From: Gemmatimonadota bacterium
Lineage (GTDB): Bacteria; Gemmatimonadota; Gemmatimonadetes; Palauibacterales; Palauibacteraceae
Length of the DNA: 64,000 nucleotides
Direction: 5' to 3'
Assembly (NCBI GenBank): GCA_963666735.1
Contig: OY762926.1
Span: 1,984,001 to 2,048,000 of the forward strand
Position numbers and translations under genes: made by a program. The notes beneath the pieces are model-generated. The model did not search any database. It was not told the origin of the DNA and saw only the letters and a program-made list of their open reading frames with translations. Shown piece by piece: positions 47,428 to 54,993 of the stretch; the first letter of the stretch is position 1; every line of letters begins with the position of its first letter.

Positions 47428-48729
47428 CTAAGCGTCCAGCGTCCGGTGGGTGAAGCTCTGTCTGCCGGGACCGTAGTCCGCCGCGCTCTGCCCCTCGCCG
47501 CGCAGCAGCCAGCGCGTCGTCAGGAGGCCTTCGACGCCGACCGGCCCGCGGGCGTGGATGCGGGCGGTGCTGATCCCCACCTCGGCCCCGAGCCCATAGC
47601 GGAATCCGTCCGCGAAGCGCGTGCTCGCGTTGTGGAACACGCTCGCGGCGTCGACCGCCTTCAGGAATCGCTCCGCGACCTCCCCGTCCTCGGCCACGAT
47701 CGCGTCCGTGTGGCTGCTCCCGTAGGTGTGAATGAAGTCGACGGCCTCTTCCAGGCTCGCCACGGTCCGCACCGCCAGCGTGAGGTCGCCGAACTCGAGT
47801 CCCCAGTCCTCCTCGGAGGCGGCCCCGGCCCACGGCAGGACCCGGAGGGAGGGCTCGTCGCAGCGGAGTTGGACCCCGCGCTCGCGGAGCGCCTCTCCAA
47901 TCGGGCCCAGCCGCGGCAGGAACGACTCGTGCACGAGCAGCGTCTCGGTCGCGTTGCAGGCCGCCGGATAGTCGCACTTTCCGTCCACGGCGAGCCGCAG
48001 GGCCATCTCCGGATCCGCCGACGCGTCCACGTAAAGGTGGCATACGCCCTCCGCGTGCCCCAGTACCGGAATCCGGCTCCGCTCCTGAATCGAGCGCACG
48101 AGCGCCCCGGATCCCCGCGGGATCACGAGGTCGATGAGGTCGTCAAGCGCGAGCAGTTCGTCGACGTCCCGCCGGTCCGGGACGCCGAGGACGGCACGTG
48201 GATCGAGGCCGGCCTCCTGCAGCGCCTGTTGCAGGCAACCGACGAGTACCTCGTTCGAGCGCGCCGCCTCGCGGCCGCCCTTCATGGTGACTCCGTTTCC
48301 GGAGCGGATGGCGAGCGACCCGATCTGGATCACCGCATCGGGCCGGCTTTCGAAGATGATGAGAAGAACGCCGAGCGGACTGCGCACGCGCTCCAGGACG
48401 AGACCCTCATCCAGTTCCGTGCGCGTGAGCACGCGGTCGATCGGATCCTCGCCTTCGACCAGCGCGTCGATCCCCTCGAGCAGACTCTCGAACTTGGCCT
48501 CGGGGAGCCCCAGACGGTGGAGGAGCGGCCCGGAAAGTCCTTCCTCCGCCGCGCGCGCCAGATCCTCGTCATTCGCCCGCGAGATTTCAACCCGCGACCG
48601 GACCAGCACGTCCTTGAGCGCGCGGAGCGCCGCCGTCCGGCGCTCCGCCGGGGCGCTGCCGAGGGTGCGTTGCGCCTTCCGTACGCCGGCCGCCCGCGCC
48701 CGCAGAGACTCAGCCAATTCCCGCTTCAA
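47428..48729 (-). CDS. proA: Glutamate-5-semialdehyde dehydrogenase
   Basis: FESRPD, IPRGS, PAACNATETLLVH, NASTRFADG..GAEVGIST..HARGP. Confidence 0.96.
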   Translation of the reverse strand: MKRELAESLRARAAGVRKAQRTLGSAPAERRTAALRALKDVLVRSRVEISRANDEDLARAAEEGLSGPLLHRLGLPEAKFESLLEGIDALVEGEDPIDRVLTRTELDEGLVLERVRSPLGVLLIIFESRPDAVIQIGSLAIRSGNGVTMKGGREAARSNEVLVGCLQQALQEAGLDPRAVLGVPDRRDVDELLALDDLIDLVIPRGSGALVRSIQERSRIPVLGHAEGVCHLYVDASADPEMALRLAVDGKCDYPAACNATETLLVHESFLPRLGPIGEALRERGVQLRCDEPSLRVLPWAGAASEEDWGLEFGDLTLAVRTVASLEEAVDFIHTYGSSHTDAIVAEDGEVAERFLKAVDAASVFHNASTRFADGFRYGLGAEVGISTARIHARGPVGVEGLLTTRWLLRGEGQSAADYGPGRQSFTHRTLDA

Positions 48730-49901
48730 TTCTCGACTTCCTTGAGAATGAGGTGCTCCCGCCCGACGAGTTCGATGCCCGCGCCCGCCTCGTGCGAGAC
48801 CGCCTGGAGGACGAGTCTGGAGTCGAGCGCGACGACGCCCCGCCCGACCAGGGACCCGTCGAGTTCCCGGACTTCAACCACATCGCCCCGCCGGAACGCG
48901 CCTTCCGCCCGTGTCACATCCCCGGCTCGCAGCGGCTCGCCGGCCCGGAGGCGTTCGGCCCCACCCTCCGCCAGGACCAGCGTCCCGCGCGGGTGTGAAC
49001 AATAGGCGATCCAGCGGCTGCGCGAGGAGAGGGCGGCTCGAGGCGGGACCCATGTCCCCTCCTCTTCCCCGGCCAGAACCCGGTCGAGCGCGCCCGGATC
49101 GACACCCGACGCGATGACGGTGTGGCAGCCCCCGCGCGAAGCGACCCAGGCCGCCTCCAGCTTGCTCGCCATCCCGCCCCGGCCGAGCCCGGAGTAGCCG
49201 TCCACGTCGAGTCCGTGGTTGTCCGGCCGGTCGATCCGATCGATGAGTCGCGCTTCCGGGTCGCGCCTGGGGTCGGCCGTCATCACCCCCGGCACGTCCG
49301 TGAGAAGCACGATCAGATCCGCCGCCAGTTCGCTCGCAACCAGCGCCCCCAGCCGGTCGTTGTCGTCGAAGATCGGCCGCTTGCCGGTCCCCCGGTACAC
49401 GCGGTCGTTCAGCGAGATCGCGTCGTTCTCGTTCACGACGGGGACGACGCCGAGCCGGAAGAGGCTCTGGAGCGTCTCGTGCAGGTTCAGGTAGCGGACC
49501 CGGTCGTCGAAGTCCGTCCACGTGATGAGGATCTGCGCGCAGGTGACGCCGAGCCGGGCGAACCCCTGCTGGTAGAGTTCCATGAGCCGGCTCTGGCCGA
49601 TCGCGGCGCACGTCTGCTTCAGCGCGGCCGTCTCGGGCGCTTCGGGGAGATGGAGGGCGACGCGTCCGAGGCCGACCGCGCCCGAAGTCACGATGAGCAC
49701 CTCCCGGCCCTCGCGCCGCAGGCGGCTCGCGCTCTCGACGACGCGGAAGAGGCGAGAGAGGGCGATCGTCCCGTCGGCGTGCGTGACGACGCCCGTCCCC
49801 ACTTTGAGGACGATCCGTTCCGCCGTCGCGATCGCCTCGCGCGTCACCGCCGCCGCGGCGGCGGCGCCCTCGGGGGTCGAGACTGGTTGGAGCTGGCTCA
49901 C
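48726..49901 (-). CDS. proB: Glutamate 5-kinase with PUA domain
   Basis: VLKVGTG, TSGAV, AAIGQ, NENDA, DND, GRGGMASK; ATGA coupling to proA. Confidence 0.94.
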   Translation of the reverse strand: MSQLQPVSTPEGAAAAAAVTREAIATAERIVLKVGTGVVTHADGTIALSRLFRVVESASRLRREGREVLIVTSGAVGLGRVALHLPEAPETAALKQTCAAIGQSRLMELYQQGFARLGVTCAQILITWTDFDDRVRYLNLHETLQSLFRLGVVPVVNENDAISLNDRVYRGTGKRPIFDDNDRLGALVASELAADLIVLLTDVPGVMTADPRRDPEARLIDRIDRPDNHGLDVDGYSGLGRGGMASKLEAAWVASRGGCHTVIASGVDPGALDRVLAGEEEGTWVPPRAALSSRSRWIAYCSHPRGTLVLAEGGAERLRAGEPLRAGDVTRAEGAFRRGDVVEVRELDGSLVGRGVVALDSRLVLQAVSHEAGAGIELVGREHLILKEVEN

Positions 49902-50157
49902 GTCGAACGCCTCACAGCGGGACCGGAACCCACAGCCGGCCGCGGGGCCGGCGGAAGGCCACCAAAAGTACACGGGCGCCTCCCCGGCACCAGTCCCCTG
50001 AGCCTCCTCTCGCGAGATCTGGAGCCATCGCCGACGTGTTCCGTCCCGCCACGTAACGAAATGTTGGGCGCGGCATTGACGGCGAGTTGATCGAACACGG
50101 AAGATTGAAGAGGGAGATTGGGAAGTCGGTGATGGGGACTCTGGAGGATACGAGGGC

Positions 50158-51144
50158 TTGCTAACCGTTCTTGAGATTTGTGCGGGGGGAGGGGGGCAGA
50201 CCTTGGGTCTCGAGGATGCTGGGTTCGAGGCTGCGGGGCTCGTCGAGAACGACCGTCACGCTTGTGCCACGCTCCGCTTTAACCGGCCGCGTTGGCGCGT
50301 GATCGAAGGTGATGTCCGGGAGCTGGATTCGGCTGAATTCCGGGGCGTAGATCTGTTTGCGGGCGGGGTACCCTGTCCGCCGTTTTCCGTAGCGGGAAAA
50401 CAACTCGGGAGTGACGACGAGCGTGATCTGTTCCCGGCCGCCCTCCGCCTGATCGAAGACATCGAGCCGCGCGCCGTCCTGCTTGAGAATGTCCCTGGCT
50501 TGGCCACGAGGCGGTTTTCCGCCTACCGCCGACGGCTCGCCGCGCGTCTGACCGCACTCGGCTACTGGCTTGACTGGAGGGTGTTGAACGCGAGCGAGTT
50601 CGGCGTTTCGCAGCTGCGCCCCCGGTTCATTCTTGTCGCCGTAAGGAGAAACCTCTCGCCGTATTTCGCTTGGCCTCTGCCTTCCGGCCCCGGCCACTCC
50701 GTCGGCGAACTGCTTGCGGACCTGATGGGCGCGGGCGGCTGGCCGGGTGCGGCTGATTGGGCGGCGGCGGCGAGCAACATCGCACCCACGCTTGTTGGAG
50801 GCTCCAAGAAGCACGGCGGGGCTGACTTGGGACCTACGCGGGCCAGGGCCGCCTGGCAGAAACTCGGTGTCAACGGGCTCTCTCTTGCCGACGCACCTCC
50901 CGGACCCGGCTTCCCGGCGGACTCGATGCCGCGTCTGACCTTGCGCATGACGGCACGCATCCAGGGATTTCCCGATTCATGGCAGTTCCAGGGAGGAAAG
51001 ACCGCGGCATACCGCCAGGTAGGGAACGCCCTGCCGCCGCCGGTTGCAGAGGCCGTGGGCACTTCCCTTCGCAGGGCGCTTATGGAGAAGACGCCGACCT
51101 ACGATGTAGACGAGCAGTTGCCGTTGCGGGCTCAAACCGTATGA
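50158..51144 (+). CDS. C5 cytosine DNA methyltransferase, NgoMIV/NaeI-like (probably GCCGGC)
   Basis: EICAGGGG, GGVPCPPFS, ENV, QLRPR, target-recognition region PTLVGGSKKHGGADLGPTRA, YRQVGNA. Confidence 0.9.
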   Translation: MLTVLEICAGGGGQTLGLEDAGFEAAGLVENDRHACATLRFNRPRWRVIEGDVRELDSAEFRGVDLFAGGVPCPPFSVAGKQLGSDDERDLFPAALRLIEDIEPRAVLLENVPGLATRRFSAYRRRLAARLTALGYWLDWRVLNASEFGVSQLRPRFILVAVRRNLSPYFAWPLPSGPGHSVGELLADLMGAGGWPGAADWAAAASNIAPTLVGGSKKHGGADLGPTRARAAWQKLGVNGLSLADAPPGPGFPADSMPRLTLRMTARIQGFPDSWQFQGGKTAAYRQVGNALPPPVAEAVGTSLRRALMEKTPTYDVDEQLPLRAQTV

Positions 51145-51203
51145 CTGAAGAGATCCTGCTGGCGGCTCGCCGGGAACTGCTTCCGCTCGATCTCGTCGTC
51201 TGA
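51141..51203 (+). pseudogene. 20-aa remnant of an NgoMIV-like restriction endonuclease
   Basis: ATGA-coupled mini-ORF MTEEILLAARRELLPLDLVV in the R-gene slot; LPLDLxV is the NgoMIV-family C-terminus as recalled. Confidence 0.6.
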
Positions 51204-51215
51204 GCGCATCCCGCG

Positions 51216-51707
51216 GTGGATTACAAGCCCAAGTCCGCGGATGAGATCCGGCGCAACATGTCAGCCATCCGGAGCACGGGAGGCAAGACGGAGGTTGCCC
51301 TCCGCTCCATGCTTCACCGCCGCGGCCTCAGGTTTCGCAAGAACTATGCGAAGCTCCCGGGGAGACCCGATATCGTCTTCGTCCGTGCCCGTGTCGTAGT
51401 GTTCATCGATGGCGACTATTGGCACGCGCGGGTTCTACGGGAGCGCGGTCCCGAGGCCCTCGAACAGCGCATGAAGACCGCAAACCGCGCATACTGGATG
51501 ACAAAGTTCACGAAGCGTGTGAAACGCGACGACCATGTGACGGCCACGCTTGAGGAAGACGGCTGGACGGTGGTCAGGCTCTGGGAATCCGATGTCCGAG
51601 CCAACTTGGACGAGGCGGCCAGGGCAATCGAAAATTCCGTAAGGTTGGGTTTGGGACACGGCCGGGAGCGTCAACGGAGAGCGGGTGCAGCGTGCAGGTC
51701 CACCTGA
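51216..51707 (+). CDS. vsr: Very short patch repair endonuclease
   Basis: RRNMSAIRS..KTEVALRSMLHRRGLRFR, LPGRPDIVF, FIDGDYWH, GWTVVRLWE. Confidence 0.93.
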   Translation: MDYKPKSADEIRRNMSAIRSTGGKTEVALRSMLHRRGLRFRKNYAKLPGRPDIVFVRARVVVFIDGDYWHARVLRERGPEALEQRMKTANRAYWMTKFTKRVKRDDHVTATLEEDGWTVVRLWESDVRANLDEAARAIENSVRLGLGHGRERQRRAGAACRST

Positions 51708-52573
51708 TCGACGGCACCTACGAGTTGTTCCGGCACTTCTACGGAGCGCCCTCGGCGAAGAACGCCGGGGGTCACGAGGTCGGGGCGGCGCGCGGCGTCG
51801 TGGCTTCGATGCTCGGCCTCCTCGAGGGCGGGGCCACCCACATCGCCATCGCCACCGACCGCGTCATCGAGTCCTTCCGCAACGAGCTGTGGCCCGGCTA
51901 CAAGGACGGCTCCGGCATCGATCCGGCGCTCCACTCGCAATTCCCCCTCGTCGAGGAGGCGCTCGCCTCGGCGGGGTTCGTCGTGTGGCCGATGGTGCGG
52001 CACGAAGCGGACGACGGGATGGCTGCCGGCGCCGCGATGGCCGCCGCCGACCCGCGCGTGGAGCGCGTCTTCATCTGCACGCCGGACAAGGATCTCGCCC
52101 AGTGTGTGGAAGGCGACCGCATCGTGCAGTTCGACCGCCGGCAGCGGATCGTGCGCGACGAGGCCGGCGTCATCGAGAAGTTCGGGGTCCCTCCCGCCGC
52201 GATCCCCGACTGGTTGGCCCTGGTGGGAGACTCCGCGGACGGATTCCCCGGCATCCGCGGCTTCGGCGCCAAGACCGCCGCCGCGGTGCTCGCCCGCTAC
52301 GGCCGCATCGAGGACATCCCCTCGGACGGACGAGATTGGGATGTCTCCGTGCGCGGCCCCGAACGCCTCGCGCAGACGCTGCGCAGCGGGCTGGACGACG
52401 CGCTCCTCTTCCGCCGCCTCGCCACGCTGGTCCGCGAAGCGCCCGTCTCAGCGAGCGTCGACGACCTCGAGTGGACGGGCCCCCGGGACGATTTCGACCT
52501 CGTCGCTACGATACTCGACGCCCCTGACCTGCTTCCCCGTATCCGGCGACTCGCGGAAGACCGGGGCCATTGA
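51692..52573 (+). CDS. 5'-3' exonuclease / flap endonuclease (stand-alone PolI-N-like)
   Basis: LIDGTYELFR, SFRNEL..YK, EADD, DKDL, LVGDSADGFPGIRGFGAKTA. Confidence 0.92.
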   Translation: MQVHLIDGTYELFRHFYGAPSAKNAGGHEVGAARGVVASMLGLLEGGATHIAIATDRVIESFRNELWPGYKDGSGIDPALHSQFPLVEEALASAGFVVWPMVRHEADDGMAAGAAMAAADPRVERVFICTPDKDLAQCVEGDRIVQFDRRQRIVRDEAGVIEKFGVPPAAIPDWLALVGDSADGFPGIRGFGAKTAAAVLARYGRIEDIPSDGRDWDVSVRGPERLAQTLRSGLDDALLFRRLATLVREAPVSASVDDLEWTGPRDDFDLVATILDAPDLLPRIRRLAEDRGH

Positions 52574-52644
52574 ACGGGCCGGGCTCTCGCCGATGAGGCC
52601 ACCTCGCTAGGCAACGCCACTCTCCGGACCTTTCGCATCTCACA

Positions 52645-52719
52645 ATCATATGATATCCTTGGCGGCGTGAACCAGCACACGAACTCCGTTTCACAAGCAC
52701 TAGTGCGATCATATGATCG
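52645..52719. promoter_or_regulatory. Tandem palindromic operator sites ATCATATGAT
   Basis: ATCATATGAT at 52645-52654, CGATCATATGATCG at 52706-52719, and GCACTAGTGC at 52697-52706, all upstream of the TA-like operon. Confidence 0.6.
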
Positions 52720-52728
52720 ACATCTCGC

Positions 52729-53115
52729 TTGAGATCCGCAGAAGATCGCTCGAAACAGGACAAAGCGGACCAGTATCCACAGATACGCGGACAGCCGATC
52801 GCCCTGGTCCGGAACGGCAGGCGGAAAGCTGCCTTTACTCACGAGCGGCCGGCCGATGTTCGTTTTCGCGAGGTACTTCGTCCCGAGTCTGGATTTCCGC
52901 TGACCGAGCGTGGCATGTGGGAAGAGATCGTACGTCTTCTGGATTCGGGAGTGCGGTTGACCTGTCTCCCGCTGCGCCAGCCCCCCGGCGAGAAGGCTTG
53001 GGTGTTTCGAGCGAGACTCGCCCCCGGTTTTCCGGTCATCTACGTAAAGCTGCAGATGCTGGGCGGTACCGTACTCGTACGCAGCTTCCACCCCAGTGAG
53101 CGTGGCCATGAATAA
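52729..53115 (+). CDS. MqsR-like type II toxin (5' end uncertain, possibly frameshifted)
   Basis: C-terminal VIYVKLQ..VRSFH resembles the MqsR-family YxK..SF motif; overlaps the antitoxin start by 8 nt. Confidence 0.55.
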   Translation: MRSAEDRSKQDKADQYPQIRGQPIALVRNGRRKAAFTHERPADVRFREVLRPESGFPLTERGMWEEIVRLLDSGVRLTCLPLRQPPGEKAWVFRARLAPGFPVIYVKLQMLGGTVLVRSFHPSERGHE

Positions 53116-53532
53116 GATCGCCTCGAAACCAACCGTCCTCGGCCGGATCGTCGGTCCCGAGACCTGCGAGATGTGCGGAAGTCCTGGGTTGAAGACCGAA
53201 CTTGTGCGAAATCCATTCACCTATGGGGTTGGGTCCGACGCCGTGGAACTCAGCGCTGACATCCCCGTCCACACGTGCGAGACCTGCGTGGTCTCGTTTA
53301 CGGATGAAGCGGCGGAGAACATTCAACACGACGCCGTGTGCCGACACCTTGGTGTCCTCACGCCGGACGAGATCCATGCCCTCCGCAGGAGCCACGACAT
53401 GACTCGCGCGGCCTTCGCCCGGCTGACCGGCTTCGGCGAAGCAACTGGGCTTACCCCGTTTTAGTGGACAGGTGAAAGTGGTGGTTTCCTCCATTCTCGC
53501 CACCTCGCGGGAGAGGGCCGCGGCCCGGGGGG

Positions 53533-54384
53533 TCACGCCGCCTCTCCTTTCTCGCGCGCCTCGAAGCTGGCGGGCGACTCGTAGCCGAGGCTCGAGTGCC
53601 GCCGGCGCGGGTTGTACCAGCCCTCGATGAACCGGAACACCCCCCGGCGGGCCTCGCCGGGCGTCCGGAACGAGCGCCGCCAGATCAGTTCGCACTCCAG
53701 CGTGGCGAAGAACGACTCGCACATGGCGTTGTCGTAAGCGTCGCCCACCGAGCCCATCGAGGGCCTGACCCCGGCCCTCCGGCAGCGCCCGCCGAAGGCG
53801 TAGGACGTGTACTGGCTGCCTTGGTCGCTGTGGTGGATCACCCCGTCGGGGCGCCGCTGCGCCAGCGCCATGTCGAAGGCATCCAGCACCAGGGACGTCC
53901 TCAGGTGCGTCGCCATCGACCAGCCCACGATGCGGCGGCTCCAGGCGTCGAGCACGACGGCCAGATAGAGGAAGCCCGCCCAGGTCGGCACGTACGTGAT
54001 GTCGGCCACCCAGAGTTCGTCGGGTCCGGAGGCCGAGAAGTCTCGGTCCACGAGATCCGGCGCGGGCCTGGACTTCGCGGCCCGCTTCGTCGTACTGCCC
54101 TTGCGGCGCCGGCTCACCCCTTCGATCTCCGCCGCCCGCATCAGCCGCGCCACCCGGCCCACACCCGCCTCGCGGCCCCGCGCCTTGAGTTCCGCATGGA
54201 CCCGCGGCGCCCCGTACGTCCCCCCGCTCATGGCGTGGATCTCGACGATCTCCGCACTGAGCGCCTCGTTCTCCCGCGCCCGCCGAGACGGCTCCCGCGT
54301 CCGCCACGCATAGTACCCGCTCGGGGAGAGACCCAGCAGGCGGCACATCACGCGCACGGGATACATGGCCTGGTGATCGCTCAC
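53533..54384 (-). CDS. IS3 transposase OrfB (DDE integrase core)
   Basis: TYGAPRV, WVADITY, LDAWSRRIVGW, HHSDQGSQY, DNAMCESFFATLE; reached by -1 frameshift at AAAAG (54440-54444) or by GTGA coupling. Confidence 0.93.
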   Translation of the reverse strand: MSDHQAMYPVRVMCRLLGLSPSGYYAWRTREPSRRARENEALSAEIVEIHAMSGGTYGAPRVHAELKARGREAGVGRVARLMRAAEIEGVSRRRKGSTTKRAAKSRPAPDLVDRDFSASGPDELWVADITYVPTWAGFLYLAVVLDAWSRRIVGWSMATHLRTSLVLDAFDMALAQRRPDGVIHHSDQGSQYTSYAFGGRCRRAGVRPSMGSVGDAYDNAMCESFFATLECELIWRRSFRTPGEARRGVFRFIEGWYNPRRRHSSLGYESPASFEAREKGEAA

Positions 54385-54689
54385 GAACCGGAACCCCCCC
54401 GGGGGATCGATCCGCTCTCCTTGGCGAACCAGGCCGTGGCTTTTGCCAATATGTCGCGCTCGATCTTCACCCGGCGAAGCTCGCGCTTCAGTTCCCGGAC
54501 TTCCTTGCGCTCGACCGTCGTCAGACCGTCGGTGCGACGCCCCTCGTCCAGGTCGGCCCGCTCCACCCAGCGCCGGATCGCCGTCGCCGAGGGCTCGAAC
54601 TCGCGAGCCAGCCGGTCCGCGCTCCGTCCCGCACGGACCAGTTCCACCATCCGCGCCTTGTACTCCGGCGCGTATCTCCGTCCCGACAT
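54381..54689 (-). CDS. IS3 transposase OrfA (HTH + leucine zipper)
   Basis: MSGRRYAPEYKARMVELV..ERDILAKATAWFA; GGAGG RBS. Confidence 0.9.
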   Translation of the reverse strand: MSGRRYAPEYKARMVELVRAGRSADRLAREFEPSATAIRRWVERADLDEGRRTDGLTTVERKEVRELKRELRRVKIERDILAKATAWFAKESGSIPRGGSGS

Positions 54690-54993
54690 GTGACACCTCC
54701 TCGTTGTGACCAACGCTCAAAGGTGTCCACCAAATCGGGGTAACTCCAGCAACTCTTGCACGGTGGGAGCGTCGCGACGTGATCCAGAACACTTCTTGCG
54801 ACCGGTATCTGCGGCTGCTGCTGTATGGTGCGAACGTCGACCGCCTTCGGGCGCTGGTCTCGGATACCTCACCTGAGGGGCCGGGTGTGGTAGGCACGCG
54901 CGCGACAGTGCGGTTCGTCCACCTTTCCGTTGAACGCCAGCGATCCTTCCGGCGCGACACCGCCGGATGGCGCCCTCGGGGCGTGGCCGCCTG

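Larger units (their letters stand above)
53446..54748 (-). mobile_element. IS3-family insertion sequence, 1303 bp, 5-bp TSD GCAAC
   Basis: TG..CA ends; imperfect IRs TGGGCTTACCCCGTTTTAGTGGACA / TGGAGTTACCCCGATTTGGTGGACA; GCAAC at 53441-53445 and 54749-54753. Confidence 0.95.

Noticed and set aside
49940..50030. SAM-I-riboswitch-like string (GAGAGGAGGCTCAGGGGACTGG) upstream of proB on the minus strand
   Set aside because: The GCAACC and GGTGC/ATTCC downstream elements and the P1 pairing could not be found. An Infernal/Rfam scan would be decisive.
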